A DNA stretch of 64,000 nucleotides from Oceanispirochaeta sp. (GTDB lineage Bacteria > Spirochaetota > Spirochaetia > DSM-2461): assembly GCA_963663385.2 (NCBI GenBank), contig CAXXXD010000003.1, forward strand, positions 928,001-992,000, in the 5' to 3' direction. How positions within the stretch are numbered: position 1 is the first letter of the stretch; every line of letters starts with the position of its first letter. Below the pieces are notes generated by a model. The model searched no databases and was not told the DNA's origin. It was given only the letters and a program-made list of their open reading frames with translations. The position numbers and the translations under genes were made by a program. Below are positions 56,299 to 64,000 of the stretch, piece after piece.

Positions 56299-57792
56299 AT
56301 GAGTAGTAACAGTAATAATAACAGAAAAATTATTTTTACAGCTTTATTCGGTACAATTGCCGGATTTGTACTTTGTTTATTTCTATACACTTTTCTGCCA
56401 GCCTTAAAGCCTGCTGCTGAAGTATATGCTGCGCCTAACAGTTCTGAAATGGAGACAGTTGAAAACTTTCAGAATACTTTCAGAAGAGTAGCAGCTGAAA
56501 CACTTCCCTGGGTAGTCGAAATCGATACGGTTGAAGTTTCAACGCGGCAGACTCCGGGAGGGAATGGGTTTCCCTGGGAGTACTTTTTCGGAAATCCTGA
56601 TGAGAGCGAGGAAAAGGCTCCCGAAACACGGGAATATCGAAGTGCAGGACTGGGATCCGGTTTTATCGTTGAAAAGGACGAAGATACGTATTATGTCATA
56701 ACCAATAATCACGTGGTGGGGCAGGCTGATGAAATCCGGATAAAAATGGACAATGAGAAGGAGTATGAAGCCGAACTGGTGGGAACTGATCCCCGTAAGG
56801 ATCTGGCATTATTAAAATTCGAAACCAAAGACAAGGGAATTGCCATTGCCCATCTGGGCGATTCCGATTCGCTTTTTGTTGGAGACTGGGTACTGGCAAT
56901 CGGAAGCCCCTTCGGCTACAAATCATCCGTTACGGCCGGTATTATCAGTGCTCTGGGTCGTCAGAATGGACCGGACGGTAATATAAACGACTTTATTCAG
57001 ACTGATGCTTCCATTAATCAGGGTAACTCCGGAGGGCCCCTGGTTAATTTAAAAGGTGAAGTTGTAGGTATTAATACATGGATTACAACTTCTACGGGAG
57101 GGAGCATAGGGCTTGGATTCAGTATCCCCATAAATAATGTAAAACGTACCATCAGGGATTTTATCGACGATGGTGAGGTCCGTTACGGCTGGCTCGGTGT
57201 CAGTATTGGTGATGCTCCGGATATTATTGCCGACGAATTTGGATTAAAGGGAGAAAAAGGCGCTTTTGTCTATCAGGTATTTAATAATTCTCCCGCAGAA
57301 AAGGGTGGGATTCAACCCGGGGACTTCATTCTTTCTGTGAACGGAATCGCTGCCAGTGATAAGAATCATCTTACGAGAATGATTGGTGATATGCGTCCCG
57401 ATGATATAGCTGAATTTGTATTAATCCGTAATAATAGGCGCTTGTCCTTGAAGGTTAAAATTACCGAACGGGAGACGGAAGAAGAAGTTCGAAAAATGAA
57501 TAATCAGGTATGGCCCGGTGTTTCCGTTTATACCGTACAGGAAGAGCTGATCGAACGTCTTGAGCTGGAAGAAGATATTAAGGGCGTTTTCGTAGCGGAA
57601 GTCTATCCCAAAACGGCATTTCAGATTGCCGGAATTCAGGCTGGAGATATTATTACCGGTATTAATGGGGAAAGTGTGGAGAATCTGTCTGATTTCTATA
57701 CCCGTCTTAACAGTATTGGTGATGACCGTTTCTACCTTTCCTTTCTGAGAGAGGGATACGAAATGGAGACTCCAAAGATAAAAAGAAAATAA
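56299..57792 (+). CDS. DegP/Do family serine endopeptidase with two PDZ domains
   Basis: GSGF, TNNHV, DLALLK, IQTDASINQGNSGG and two PDZ domains. Confidence 0.93.
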   Translation: MSSNSNNNRKIIFTALFGTIAGFVLCLFLYTFLPALKPAAEVYAAPNSSEMETVENFQNTFRRVAAETLPWVVEIDTVEVSTRQTPGGNGFPWEYFFGNPDESEEKAPETREYRSAGLGSGFIVEKDEDTYYVITNNHVVGQADEIRIKMDNEKEYEAELVGTDPRKDLALLKFETKDKGIAIAHLGDSDSLFVGDWVLAIGSPFGYKSSVTAGIISALGRQNGPDGNINDFIQTDASINQGNSGGPLVNLKGEVVGINTWITTSTGGSIGLGFSIPINNVKRTIRDFIDDGEVRYGWLGVSIGDAPDIIADEFGLKGEKGAFVYQVFNNSPAEKGGIQPGDFILSVNGIAASDKNHLTRMIGDMRPDDIAEFVLIRNNRRLSLKVKITERETEEEVRKMNNQVWPGVSVYTVQEELIERLELEEDIKGVFVAEVYPKTAFQIAGIQAGDIITGINGESVENLSDFYTRLNSIGDDRFYLSFLREGYEMETPKIKRK

Positions 57793-57821
57793 AATTCAAA
57801 TTTTTTAGGTAAATATTGATT

Positions 57822-57857
57822 ATGGGCTGCCTATCACAAGGGGCAGCCCATTTTTTT
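57822..57857 (+). terminator. Rho-independent terminator
   Basis: ATGGGCTGCC...GGCAGCCCAT stem followed by a T-tract. Confidence 0.85.
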
Positions 57858-57919
57858 ATGTTACTATAAGGTCTTTTACTATATAATAAATCAAATAAAC
57901 TACAAGATGAGAGAGTGGA

Positions 57920-58525
57920 ATGAGTAAACTTTTTACCCCCTATGATGAAATTCGGAATAATGCCCTCAAGTTGGCTTATAAGGTATACCAGGACGGTTTT
58001 GTTCCTGATGTTATCTACATCCCCTTAAGAGGCGGAGCTTATATGGGCAATGTTTTCAGCGAGTTTTTCAAGATTGTAAGAAAGGGGGAGAGGCCTGTTT
58101 TTTATGCAGCAGTTGTTGCCCGTTCCTACAGTGATATCCGGCAGCAGGATAAAATCATGATTGACGGCTGGACCTATAATCCCGCCTACCTCCGTAACGG
58201 GGACAAGGTTATGTTTATTGATGATATCTTTGACTCGGGAAGGACTCTGAACCATCTGGTTGAAGCAATTCTTGAAAAGGGGATACCCCGGGAAGATATA
58301 AAAATTGCCGTTCATGACTATAAGGTTCATACCTATCAGGATCATCTGCCCATACAACCGGACTACTATTGCCGGAAGTTTATAGTGGAAAAGGAAGAAG
58401 ATGATGTATGGATTCATTATATGAGCCATGAACTGGTAGGGTTGAGTAAAGAAGAACAGCAGGAACAGTTTATCAGTAAAGATTCCGAATTGGCGGGTAT
58501 TTTTGATTTTCTGAATCAGAAATAA
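57920..58525 (+). CDS. Type I phosphoribosyltransferase family protein
   Basis: LRGG and PRPP-binding motif VMFIDDIFDSGRTL. Confidence 0.85.
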   Translation: MSKLFTPYDEIRNNALKLAYKVYQDGFVPDVIYIPLRGGAYMGNVFSEFFKIVRKGERPVFYAAVVARSYSDIRQQDKIMIDGWTYNPAYLRNGDKVMFIDDIFDSGRTLNHLVEAILEKGIPREDIKIAVHDYKVHTYQDHLPIQPDYYCRKFIVEKEEDDVWIHYMSHELVGLSKEEQQEQFISKDSELAGIFDFLNQK

Positions 58526-58544
58526 TCCTGATCCCGTAAATTAT

Positions 58545-58597
58545 AAAAAAAATGTCCCCACCCCTCGACTTACGCTCGGGGAACTGGGGACATTTTT
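58545..58597. terminator. Bidirectional terminator with a REP-like inner hairpin
   Basis: AAAAATGTCCCCA...TGGGGACATTTTT with A and T tracts on the two sides, between convergent genes. Confidence 0.8.
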
Positions 58598-58718
58598 CAG
58601 GTTATATGAGATAGGAGGGATGAGAGCTGTAAAGTGCTAGCACCCCCGACACCTCTAAGATCTCCCCGAGTAAAGTTGAGAAATCGAATTCAGGGTAACC
58701 GAGCGAAGCAGAGGTTAC
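58561..58718. repeat. Three related REP-like imperfect palindromes
   Basis: CCCCTCGACTTACGCTCGGGG (58561-58581), CCCCGAGTAAAGTTGAG (58664-58680, inverted and degenerate) and GTAACCGAGCGAAGCAGAGGTTAC (58695-58718). Confidence 0.5.
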
Positions 58719-59938
58719 TCCTGGGCCCACTCCCTGCTGCTTCCGTCCGCCGTATTGAGCCAGAGCCCGTAGGAGGATGTTACCGCATACAGGCGGTCAT
58801 ATGTCTCATCATAGAGAAAGTTTTTGATAGTGGCATCTTCCAGCTCGCTGCTGTTGTAGTTATTATCATCGGAAAAATCATTATTCTGAAATACCGGATC
58901 TGTTTTATTGGTTACGATAATCTCTATATAGCCGTCTCCAGTTACGGAACTGCTGCTGGTGGGATCTTTAAAAGCCTGTGTGCCTGCCAGAATGGTATCC
59001 GTCTGAATAGGTGATATGTCACAGAATGACGTAAACTGAACATCATTATCCCAAACTTCCGAGTACCAGGTTCCCTCTGTTTCATACAGAACAGGGTGTT
59101 CATCATCGTCCGCCTGAGTTCCCATAAACAGCATATCGTGTGCAGGGGAGTAGTAGATATCCGTAAAGTTTAAATCATCAAAACCGATGCTCTGCTGAAC
59201 AAATGTAGCGGGATCACTTTCTGAATAACAGATAACGCCATTGTTAAAGTTACTGCCTTCCAGATTGTAAATCATGTAGCTTTCCGAGGCTTCAGCAGAA
59301 ATAATATCTACAATTGGCATGGGGTCATCATCGCTGCTATCCAGTTCGAATCCTGGAAAAGTAACCAGGTAGTCAGATGACAAACCAGCTGCCAGAGCCG
59401 TTTCTCCGGCATTATCCCCAGAGTAGAAGTAAAGGCTGCTGGAATTGATGGACACTTCACTGTCGTTATTATAATAATTAACAACATTCAGATAGAGCCC
59501 CTGATTTGTATCAAAAAGATATAGGCAATCGTAATTCGAGCCGCTTTTCTTTGTAAAGAACAATTCGTCCCACTCTCCGGTGGAGCTGTTGTATTTTAAA
59601 AGACCACTTCTGTAATCCGCATCATGGCTGATTATACTGGCATAGAGATTCCCGTTCATCACAGCAATGGAAGGAAAGGTGGCATCACCCTGGTATTTGG
59701 ACGGGACGCCATAGCTGTGCCAGTGTCTGGTGTCCTCTCCGATTGTACTGTGCCATACACTTTTTCCATTGATAACATACTGATCATCGTAGACCAGCAT
59801 ATCTCTCAGAGCGGTTGTACCTTTCAGATTATTGGCATCGACAATCTTTTCTTCATTTTCAAGCTGATAGAATATCCCGTTTCCGGAACAGCCGGCCAGA
59901 AATAAAAGGGGGAGTAGGATAAGTATTATTTTTCTCAT
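58715..59938 (-). CDS. Hypothetical acidic beta-rich lipoprotein
   Basis: Lipobox LFLAGC. Rich in Asp/Ser/Tyr. SD GAGG upstream. Confidence 0.8.
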   Translation of the reverse strand: MRKIILILLPLLFLAGCSGNGIFYQLENEEKIVDANNLKGTTALRDMLVYDDQYVINGKSVWHSTIGEDTRHWHSYGVPSKYQGDATFPSIAVMNGNLYASIISHDADYRSGLLKYNSSTGEWDELFFTKKSGSNYDCLYLFDTNQGLYLNVVNYYNNDSEVSINSSSLYFYSGDNAGETALAAGLSSDYLVTFPGFELDSSDDDPMPIVDIISAEASESYMIYNLEGSNFNNGVICYSESDPATFVQQSIGFDDLNFTDIYYSPAHDMLFMGTQADDDEHPVLYETEGTWYSEVWDNDVQFTSFCDISPIQTDTILAGTQAFKDPTSSSSVTGDGYIEIIVTNKTDPVFQNNDFSDDNNYNSSELEDATIKNFLYDETYDRLYAVTSSYGLWLNTADGSSREWAQE

Positions 59939-59947
59939 AAAAACCTC

Positions 59948-60601
59948 TTAGAAATGGTAGACCGCTGACAGGCTGACATCCATAAAATTCCCGAACCTTG
60001 TATATTCGGGATCGGACGGATAAATCTGGGGAACCCACCAATAGGACAGATTTGTGCCGAATGACCAGCTGGTGTTATGATTCCAGAAAAAACCGGCTCC
60101 CGGTTTTACGAGCAAATCGACATGGAATTCATCAAGATAGGATGTCATGCTCATACCGGCTCCCACAAACAACGGGATGGAAAACAGGTTATTCTTCAAC
60201 TGAATTTCGTAGGTTCCCCGGAATGTAATCGGCACCATATAAAAGTTGTTGTCGTTGGGACTTCTGGCAAACATGGCACCGATTTCCATTCCCAGCTGGA
60301 TGTTGTTGTTCAGGTAGGCTCCGTAATAGAGCGAACCGGTTCCGCCGTTGGATAGATTGGTTGATGAAATAGCATCCTTTCCGCTTTCGGGGGATGGATC
60401 CTGCATGAAAAGGGGGATGAACAAACCGGCATTAATGGAGAATACCTGGTCTCCCATACTGTTATATTCAATCTGGTAAGTTGCATCATCGTCTGATGAC
60501 TGCGATTCCTGAGCTGTTACTGTAAAAGAAACTGTTAATAATAGAAAAAACAGTATAAACAGAATTGATCCAGGAATGATGTGTTGAGTTTTTTTCTTCA
60601 A
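59948..60601 (-). CDS. Small outer-membrane beta-barrel (TP0733/OmpW-OprG-like)
   Basis: Signal peptide, GDQ.FSINAGLFIPLF, about 8 alternating strands and a C-terminal YHF BAM signal. Adjacent to folD. Confidence 0.78.
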   Translation of the reverse strand: MKKKTQHIIPGSILFILFFLLLTVSFTVTAQESQSSDDDATYQIEYNSMGDQVFSINAGLFIPLFMQDPSPESGKDAISSTNLSNGGTGSLYYGAYLNNNIQLGMEIGAMFARSPNDNNFYMVPITFRGTYEIQLKNNLFSIPLFVGAGMSMTSYLDEFHVDLLVKPGAGFFWNHNTSWSFGTNLSYWWVPQIYPSDPEYTRFGNFMDVSLSAVYHF

Positions 60602-60692
60602 GTTGATTCCTCATTCTCGAAAGATATGTGATAATAACATAGTAACAACAAAGCATCAATGTGGTTACAAAGCGAGAAATAAGGACTTATTT

Positions 60693-61568
60693 ATGGCAAA
60701 AATTATTGATGGAAAAAGTGTTTCGGCAGATCTGAGAAATCAGTTGAAAGATAAAGTGGAATCCCTTAAAGCAAAAGGAATTACGCCCGGTCTGGCCGTT
60801 GTTCTGATCGGGGATGATCCTGCCAGCAGATCATATGTTACGGCAAAGGAAAAAAGTTGCGGAGAGCTTGGAATGTATTCCCGTGATATCCGGTTGCCCG
60901 CGGATACGCCGGAACAGGATCTGCTGGATCTTATTGATAAATTGAATCAGGATGAGCAGATCGATGGAATCCTGGTTCAGCTTCCTCTGCCTTCCCATAT
61001 GAATGAAGATAAAGTAATTCTGCAGATTGATCCTTCCAAAGATGTGGACGGTTTTCACCCTGTCAGTGTCGGAAAAATGGTTCTGGAACAGGAGACATTC
61101 CTTCCCTGTACACCCCATGGCATATTGAAACTGCTTGAGTATTGTGAAATCTCACCGTCCGGCAAAAAAGTTGTTGTGGTAGGACGCAGTAATATCGTTG
61201 GAAAACCAATTGCCAATCTGATGATCCAGAAACAGCCCTGGGGAAATGCCACTGTTACGGTGTGTCATACAAGAACTGCAGATCTCAGGAAGGAAACTCT
61301 TGAAGCGGATATCCTTATTGCCGCGGCAGGTCAACCGGAGATGATTTCCGGTGATATGATCAAACCCGGAGCTGTTGTAATTGATGTCGGTGTCAACAGG
61401 GTCCCCGATGAATCAAAGAAACGGGGTTACCGGCTGACGGGAGATGTAAAGTTTGAAGAAGCGCAGAAAAATGCTTCTTTCATTACACCTGTACCGGGCG
61501 GTGTCGGTCCCATGACAATTACCATGCTGCTGTTCAATACTGTTCAGTCGGCAGAAAACAGGAAATAA
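60693..61568 (+). CDS. folD: Methylenetetrahydrofolate dehydrogenase/cyclohydrolase
   Basis: ILVQLPLP, KDVDGFH, PCTP, GRSNIVGKP, DVG.NR and PVPGGVGPMT motifs. Confidence 0.97.
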   Translation: MAKIIDGKSVSADLRNQLKDKVESLKAKGITPGLAVVLIGDDPASRSYVTAKEKSCGELGMYSRDIRLPADTPEQDLLDLIDKLNQDEQIDGILVQLPLPSHMNEDKVILQIDPSKDVDGFHPVSVGKMVLEQETFLPCTPHGILKLLEYCEISPSGKKVVVVGRSNIVGKPIANLMIQKQPWGNATVTVCHTRTADLRKETLEADILIAAAGQPEMISGDMIKPGAVVIDVGVNRVPDESKKRGYRLTGDVKFEEAQKNASFITPVPGGVGPMTITMLLFNTVQSAENRK

Positions 61569-61608
61569 AACCTGTTGATAAAATGAATTTCCGGAGCTTG
61601 ATAATTTA

Positions 61609-63636
61609 ATGAAGAATCGAATCCTCATTATAGCGGCAGCTGTCCTGGTGGCAGCTGCCGCCGTATTTACCCTGATCAGCCAGATCAGTTTAAGAAAAGA
61701 GTTGAAATCTCAGCGTGATATTGTCAGTCGTTTTATGGACCAGACACGTGATGACCTGGGATTTCTGAATGAATCACAGGAAGTAGTGAAGCAGAATACC
61801 AGTCAGGTAAGGCAGTATTTAAATCTGCCGACCCTTTCATTCCCGGAAAGAGCAGATGAAAACTCCGATAAAGATGAAACGGTAAACGTAAGCAGCTTTG
61901 AAATAGCAGCTTACGATGCCGCATCCTATCTGAATGATTACAATATAAAATTCGATCAGATATGCTGGTTTAATGATTTTTTCAACAGCAGGGAATTTTC
62001 AGATTTTTTAAAAGTGAATTCACTAACTCTGAAAAAGAGAAGCGATCTGAAAAAAGAACTGTCAGACGGGAACGGCCGGGTATATTTTGCGATGAACTTT
62101 AAAGGTGATCAGAAACGGGTGGTTATTAAACCCGGCTTATCTGATAAGGAAAAATCCTTCACCGAAGCTGATGCAGGCTGTTTTGACTATTTGCATACTG
62201 AAATGGAACGTCAGAATGCTATCTACAGAACCGTTGCTCTAAATAATACTCAGCTGGCGGGGATATACAGGGATCCCGGCTTAAAAACAATGATCAGGGA
62301 AAAGAACCTTTACTGGGGATCCACCTCATATAAAGGAGAAAACCTTACTGTTCCTCTTATGAGGATGGATGGAACTGTATTGGCTTTGCTGGCGACTGTT
62401 TCTGAAAATACCGGATTCCGTCTGAATCGTCAGAATTTTTCCAGTATAGGAGAGCTGAACCAGGGGCTGGTTACGTTTCTGCAGACCAGCGATCTGAGAA
62501 CCGGAGCGGAAATTCTGGATGATATGGTTCTGGAAGAATTGGAAGGTCTGATGCAGGATCCGGCATTTAATGCTCATCTGGCAAAGCTGGGATTCTCTGT
62601 AAAGAAAGGCAGCCGGGAAGATAACGATTATATCTATTATGATATTTATAAAGGAGACGGAGAGCTGGCCGGTGCCTATGCCCTTCAGAAAGAATTCGGC
62701 GAAGTTTACCTGATGGATAAAGATGATATTCCTGTCCGGTCCCTGAAAACTTTTGCTCCCAATCATGAAATGACCTTTTCTTTTCAGGCTGAAGATAAAA
62801 CGGACGGGGAGAATCTTAATTTTGAGATCCCTTCCGGATCGGAAACATTTCTTATGATCGGTTCCCATGAGCATAATGCGGATACAATGATCCTGGTTCA
62901 TTGCGACAGTATTACTGAAGAGATAAAGATGCTGAGCATACCCAGAGATCTGTACTATAATGGTTTAAAGATTAACTCCATTTACAGAAACTACGGTCCC
63001 GAGCGGCTTGTTTCCGAGCTTTCAGCCATTACCGGGTTAAATATCAGCAAGTATGTTGCCATTGATATGTATGCTTTTATTGATGTGATAAATCTTTTGG
63101 GTGGAATTGATGTAGAGCTTGATGAACCCCTGATTGATCCGACTTACAAGGTACGTGAAAATGGTAAATGGTCAACCCTGTACTACCCCGCGGGAGAACA
63201 CCATCTTGATGGGATTGCTGCCTTGAGGATTACCAGATCGAGACATACTTCTTCGGATTTTGAAAGGGCTGTAAGACAGCAGAAAGTCATTGCAGCCCTG
63301 CGGGACAGTTTAAGTTCCATGGATTTGACAGATATTGCCCGAATATATGATTTTATGCAGATTGCCGGAAAATATCTGAATACAAATTTAAACACTTCCG
63401 AAATGGTACGTTATTTTATGGTGTATAAAGATTATAATATTAATGGACAGAATGTTCTGAATACCGATAATGTATTATATGCGACTTATACTAATCTGTA
63501 TCGTTTGAGTGAAGAGGATCAGGCCAAAGCTCTGGAAGATCCCGGATTTTACAAAGGCGGTTGGATTGTGTTGCCGAAAAATAATGACTGGGGACAGATT
63601 AAAATGTTTATCCAGTCTGTTATGACTTCTTCTTAA
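61609..63636 (+). CDS. LCP (LytR-CpsA-Psr) family protein with long N-terminal extension
   Basis: N-terminal TM, and a C-terminal ADTMIL, SIPRD, KINS, LDG..AL...RSR, SDFERAVRQQ. Confidence 0.88.
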   Translation: MKNRILIIAAAVLVAAAAVFTLISQISLRKELKSQRDIVSRFMDQTRDDLGFLNESQEVVKQNTSQVRQYLNLPTLSFPERADENSDKDETVNVSSFEIAAYDAASYLNDYNIKFDQICWFNDFFNSREFSDFLKVNSLTLKKRSDLKKELSDGNGRVYFAMNFKGDQKRVVIKPGLSDKEKSFTEADAGCFDYLHTEMERQNAIYRTVALNNTQLAGIYRDPGLKTMIREKNLYWGSTSYKGENLTVPLMRMDGTVLALLATVSENTGFRLNRQNFSSIGELNQGLVTFLQTSDLRTGAEILDDMVLEELEGLMQDPAFNAHLAKLGFSVKKGSREDNDYIYYDIYKGDGELAGAYALQKEFGEVYLMDKDDIPVRSLKTFAPNHEMTFSFQAEDKTDGENLNFEIPSGSETFLMIGSHEHNADTMILVHCDSITEEIKMLSIPRDLYYNGLKINSIYRNYGPERLVSELSAITGLNISKYVAIDMYAFIDVINLLGGIDVELDEPLIDPTYKVRENGKWSTLYYPAGEHHLDGIAALRITRSRHTSSDFERAVRQQKVIAALRDSLSSMDLTDIARIYDFMQIAGKYLNTNLNTSEMVRYFMVYKDYNINGQNVLNTDNVLYATYTNLYRLSEEDQAKALEDPGFYKGGWIVLPKNNDWGQIKMFIQSVMTSS

Positions 63637-63646
63637 GGAGAGAATT

Positions 63647-63976
63647 ATGCCTTTTAGACTTATTTCCTATATTATTGTTCTTGTCTTTCTAGTGACATTT
63701 ATTGGTTTGAATCTTGGGAATACTTCTGATGTGAACCTCTGGTTTTCAGAAAAGGGGCAGTTTACAGATGTACCGATTGTTGTCAGTTTTTTTATTATGT
63801 ATATCCTGGGTGCTCTCTCCATTGTTCCCTATATCATTGGAAATCAGTTCAAGTCCTTTCGTAAGAAGAGTAAGGAAAAGAAATCGGAAAAACTGGCAGC
63901 TGCTCCCAAAAAGATAGGCTCCAGAAAGATAAAAAACGAAAGCAATGAAGTTGAATCTGTCCATCCGGAAGAGTAG
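63647..63976 (+). CDS. Small two-TM membrane protein (LapA-like topology)
   Basis: TM, then N-x-x motif, then TM, then a Lys-rich tail. SD AGGAG upstream. Confidence 0.65.
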   Translation: MPFRLISYIIVLVFLVTFIGLNLGNTSDVNLWFSEKGQFTDVPIVVSFFIMYILGALSIVPYIIGNQFKSFRKKSKEKKSEKLAAAPKKIGSRKIKNESNEVESVHPEE

Positions 63977-64000
63977 GGGGGTATTCCGTGCTCTGCTGAT

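Noticed and set aside
58634..59014. 126-aa plus-strand ORF
   Set aside because: Overlaps the repeat region and runs antisense to the lipoprotein gene.
1..64000. CRISPR arrays, tRNA/rRNA, IS elements, prophage or defence systems
   Set aside because: No spaced direct repeats, cloverleafs, or transposase/integrase/nuclease-defence motifs seen by eye. Intergenic gaps are short.

Overview
Gene-dense bacterial chromosomal segment, mostly on the + strand. It is most consistent with a free-living Spirochaetota (Spirochaetaceae-like) genome. This is inferred from spirochete-type lipoboxes, an E-X-A-B-D-I-K V-ATPase operon, and gene pairs recalled from Treponema (uvrA-lptD-like, HD-ybeY-corC-TPR, surA-nusB, map-htrA, TP0733-like barrel-folD). 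About 1-15.7 kb looks accessory. It holds an amino-acid-derivative catabolic cluster (diaminopropionate ammonia-lyase, RidA, a TeaABC-like TRAP transporter, M24 and M20 hydrolases, an XRE-cupin regulator), a hybrid sensor kinase, HD-GYP and GGDEF c-di-GMP enzymes, threonine aldolase and an MFS transporter. The rest is largely core: htrA, uvrB, yggS, rluD, murI, rsgA, V-ATPase, ispG, uvrA, lptD-like, phoH, a PgpH-like HD protein, ybeY, corC, gap-pgk-tpiA-secG, surA-like, nusB, map, degP, folD and an LCP protein. I saw no rRNA, tRNA, CRISPR array, transposase or prophage. The best candidate for an undescribed system is the 1-7.5 kb cluster. It resembles an ectoine uptake and degradation module, but would feed 2,3-diaminopropionate rather than diaminobutyrate metabolism. 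Other notable items: an LCP protein with a 3 x 95-aa repeat, probable leaderless promoters, a perfect operator palindrome in front of the HD-GYP gene, and REP-like hairpins. All family assignments come from motif recognition by eye; no searches were run.
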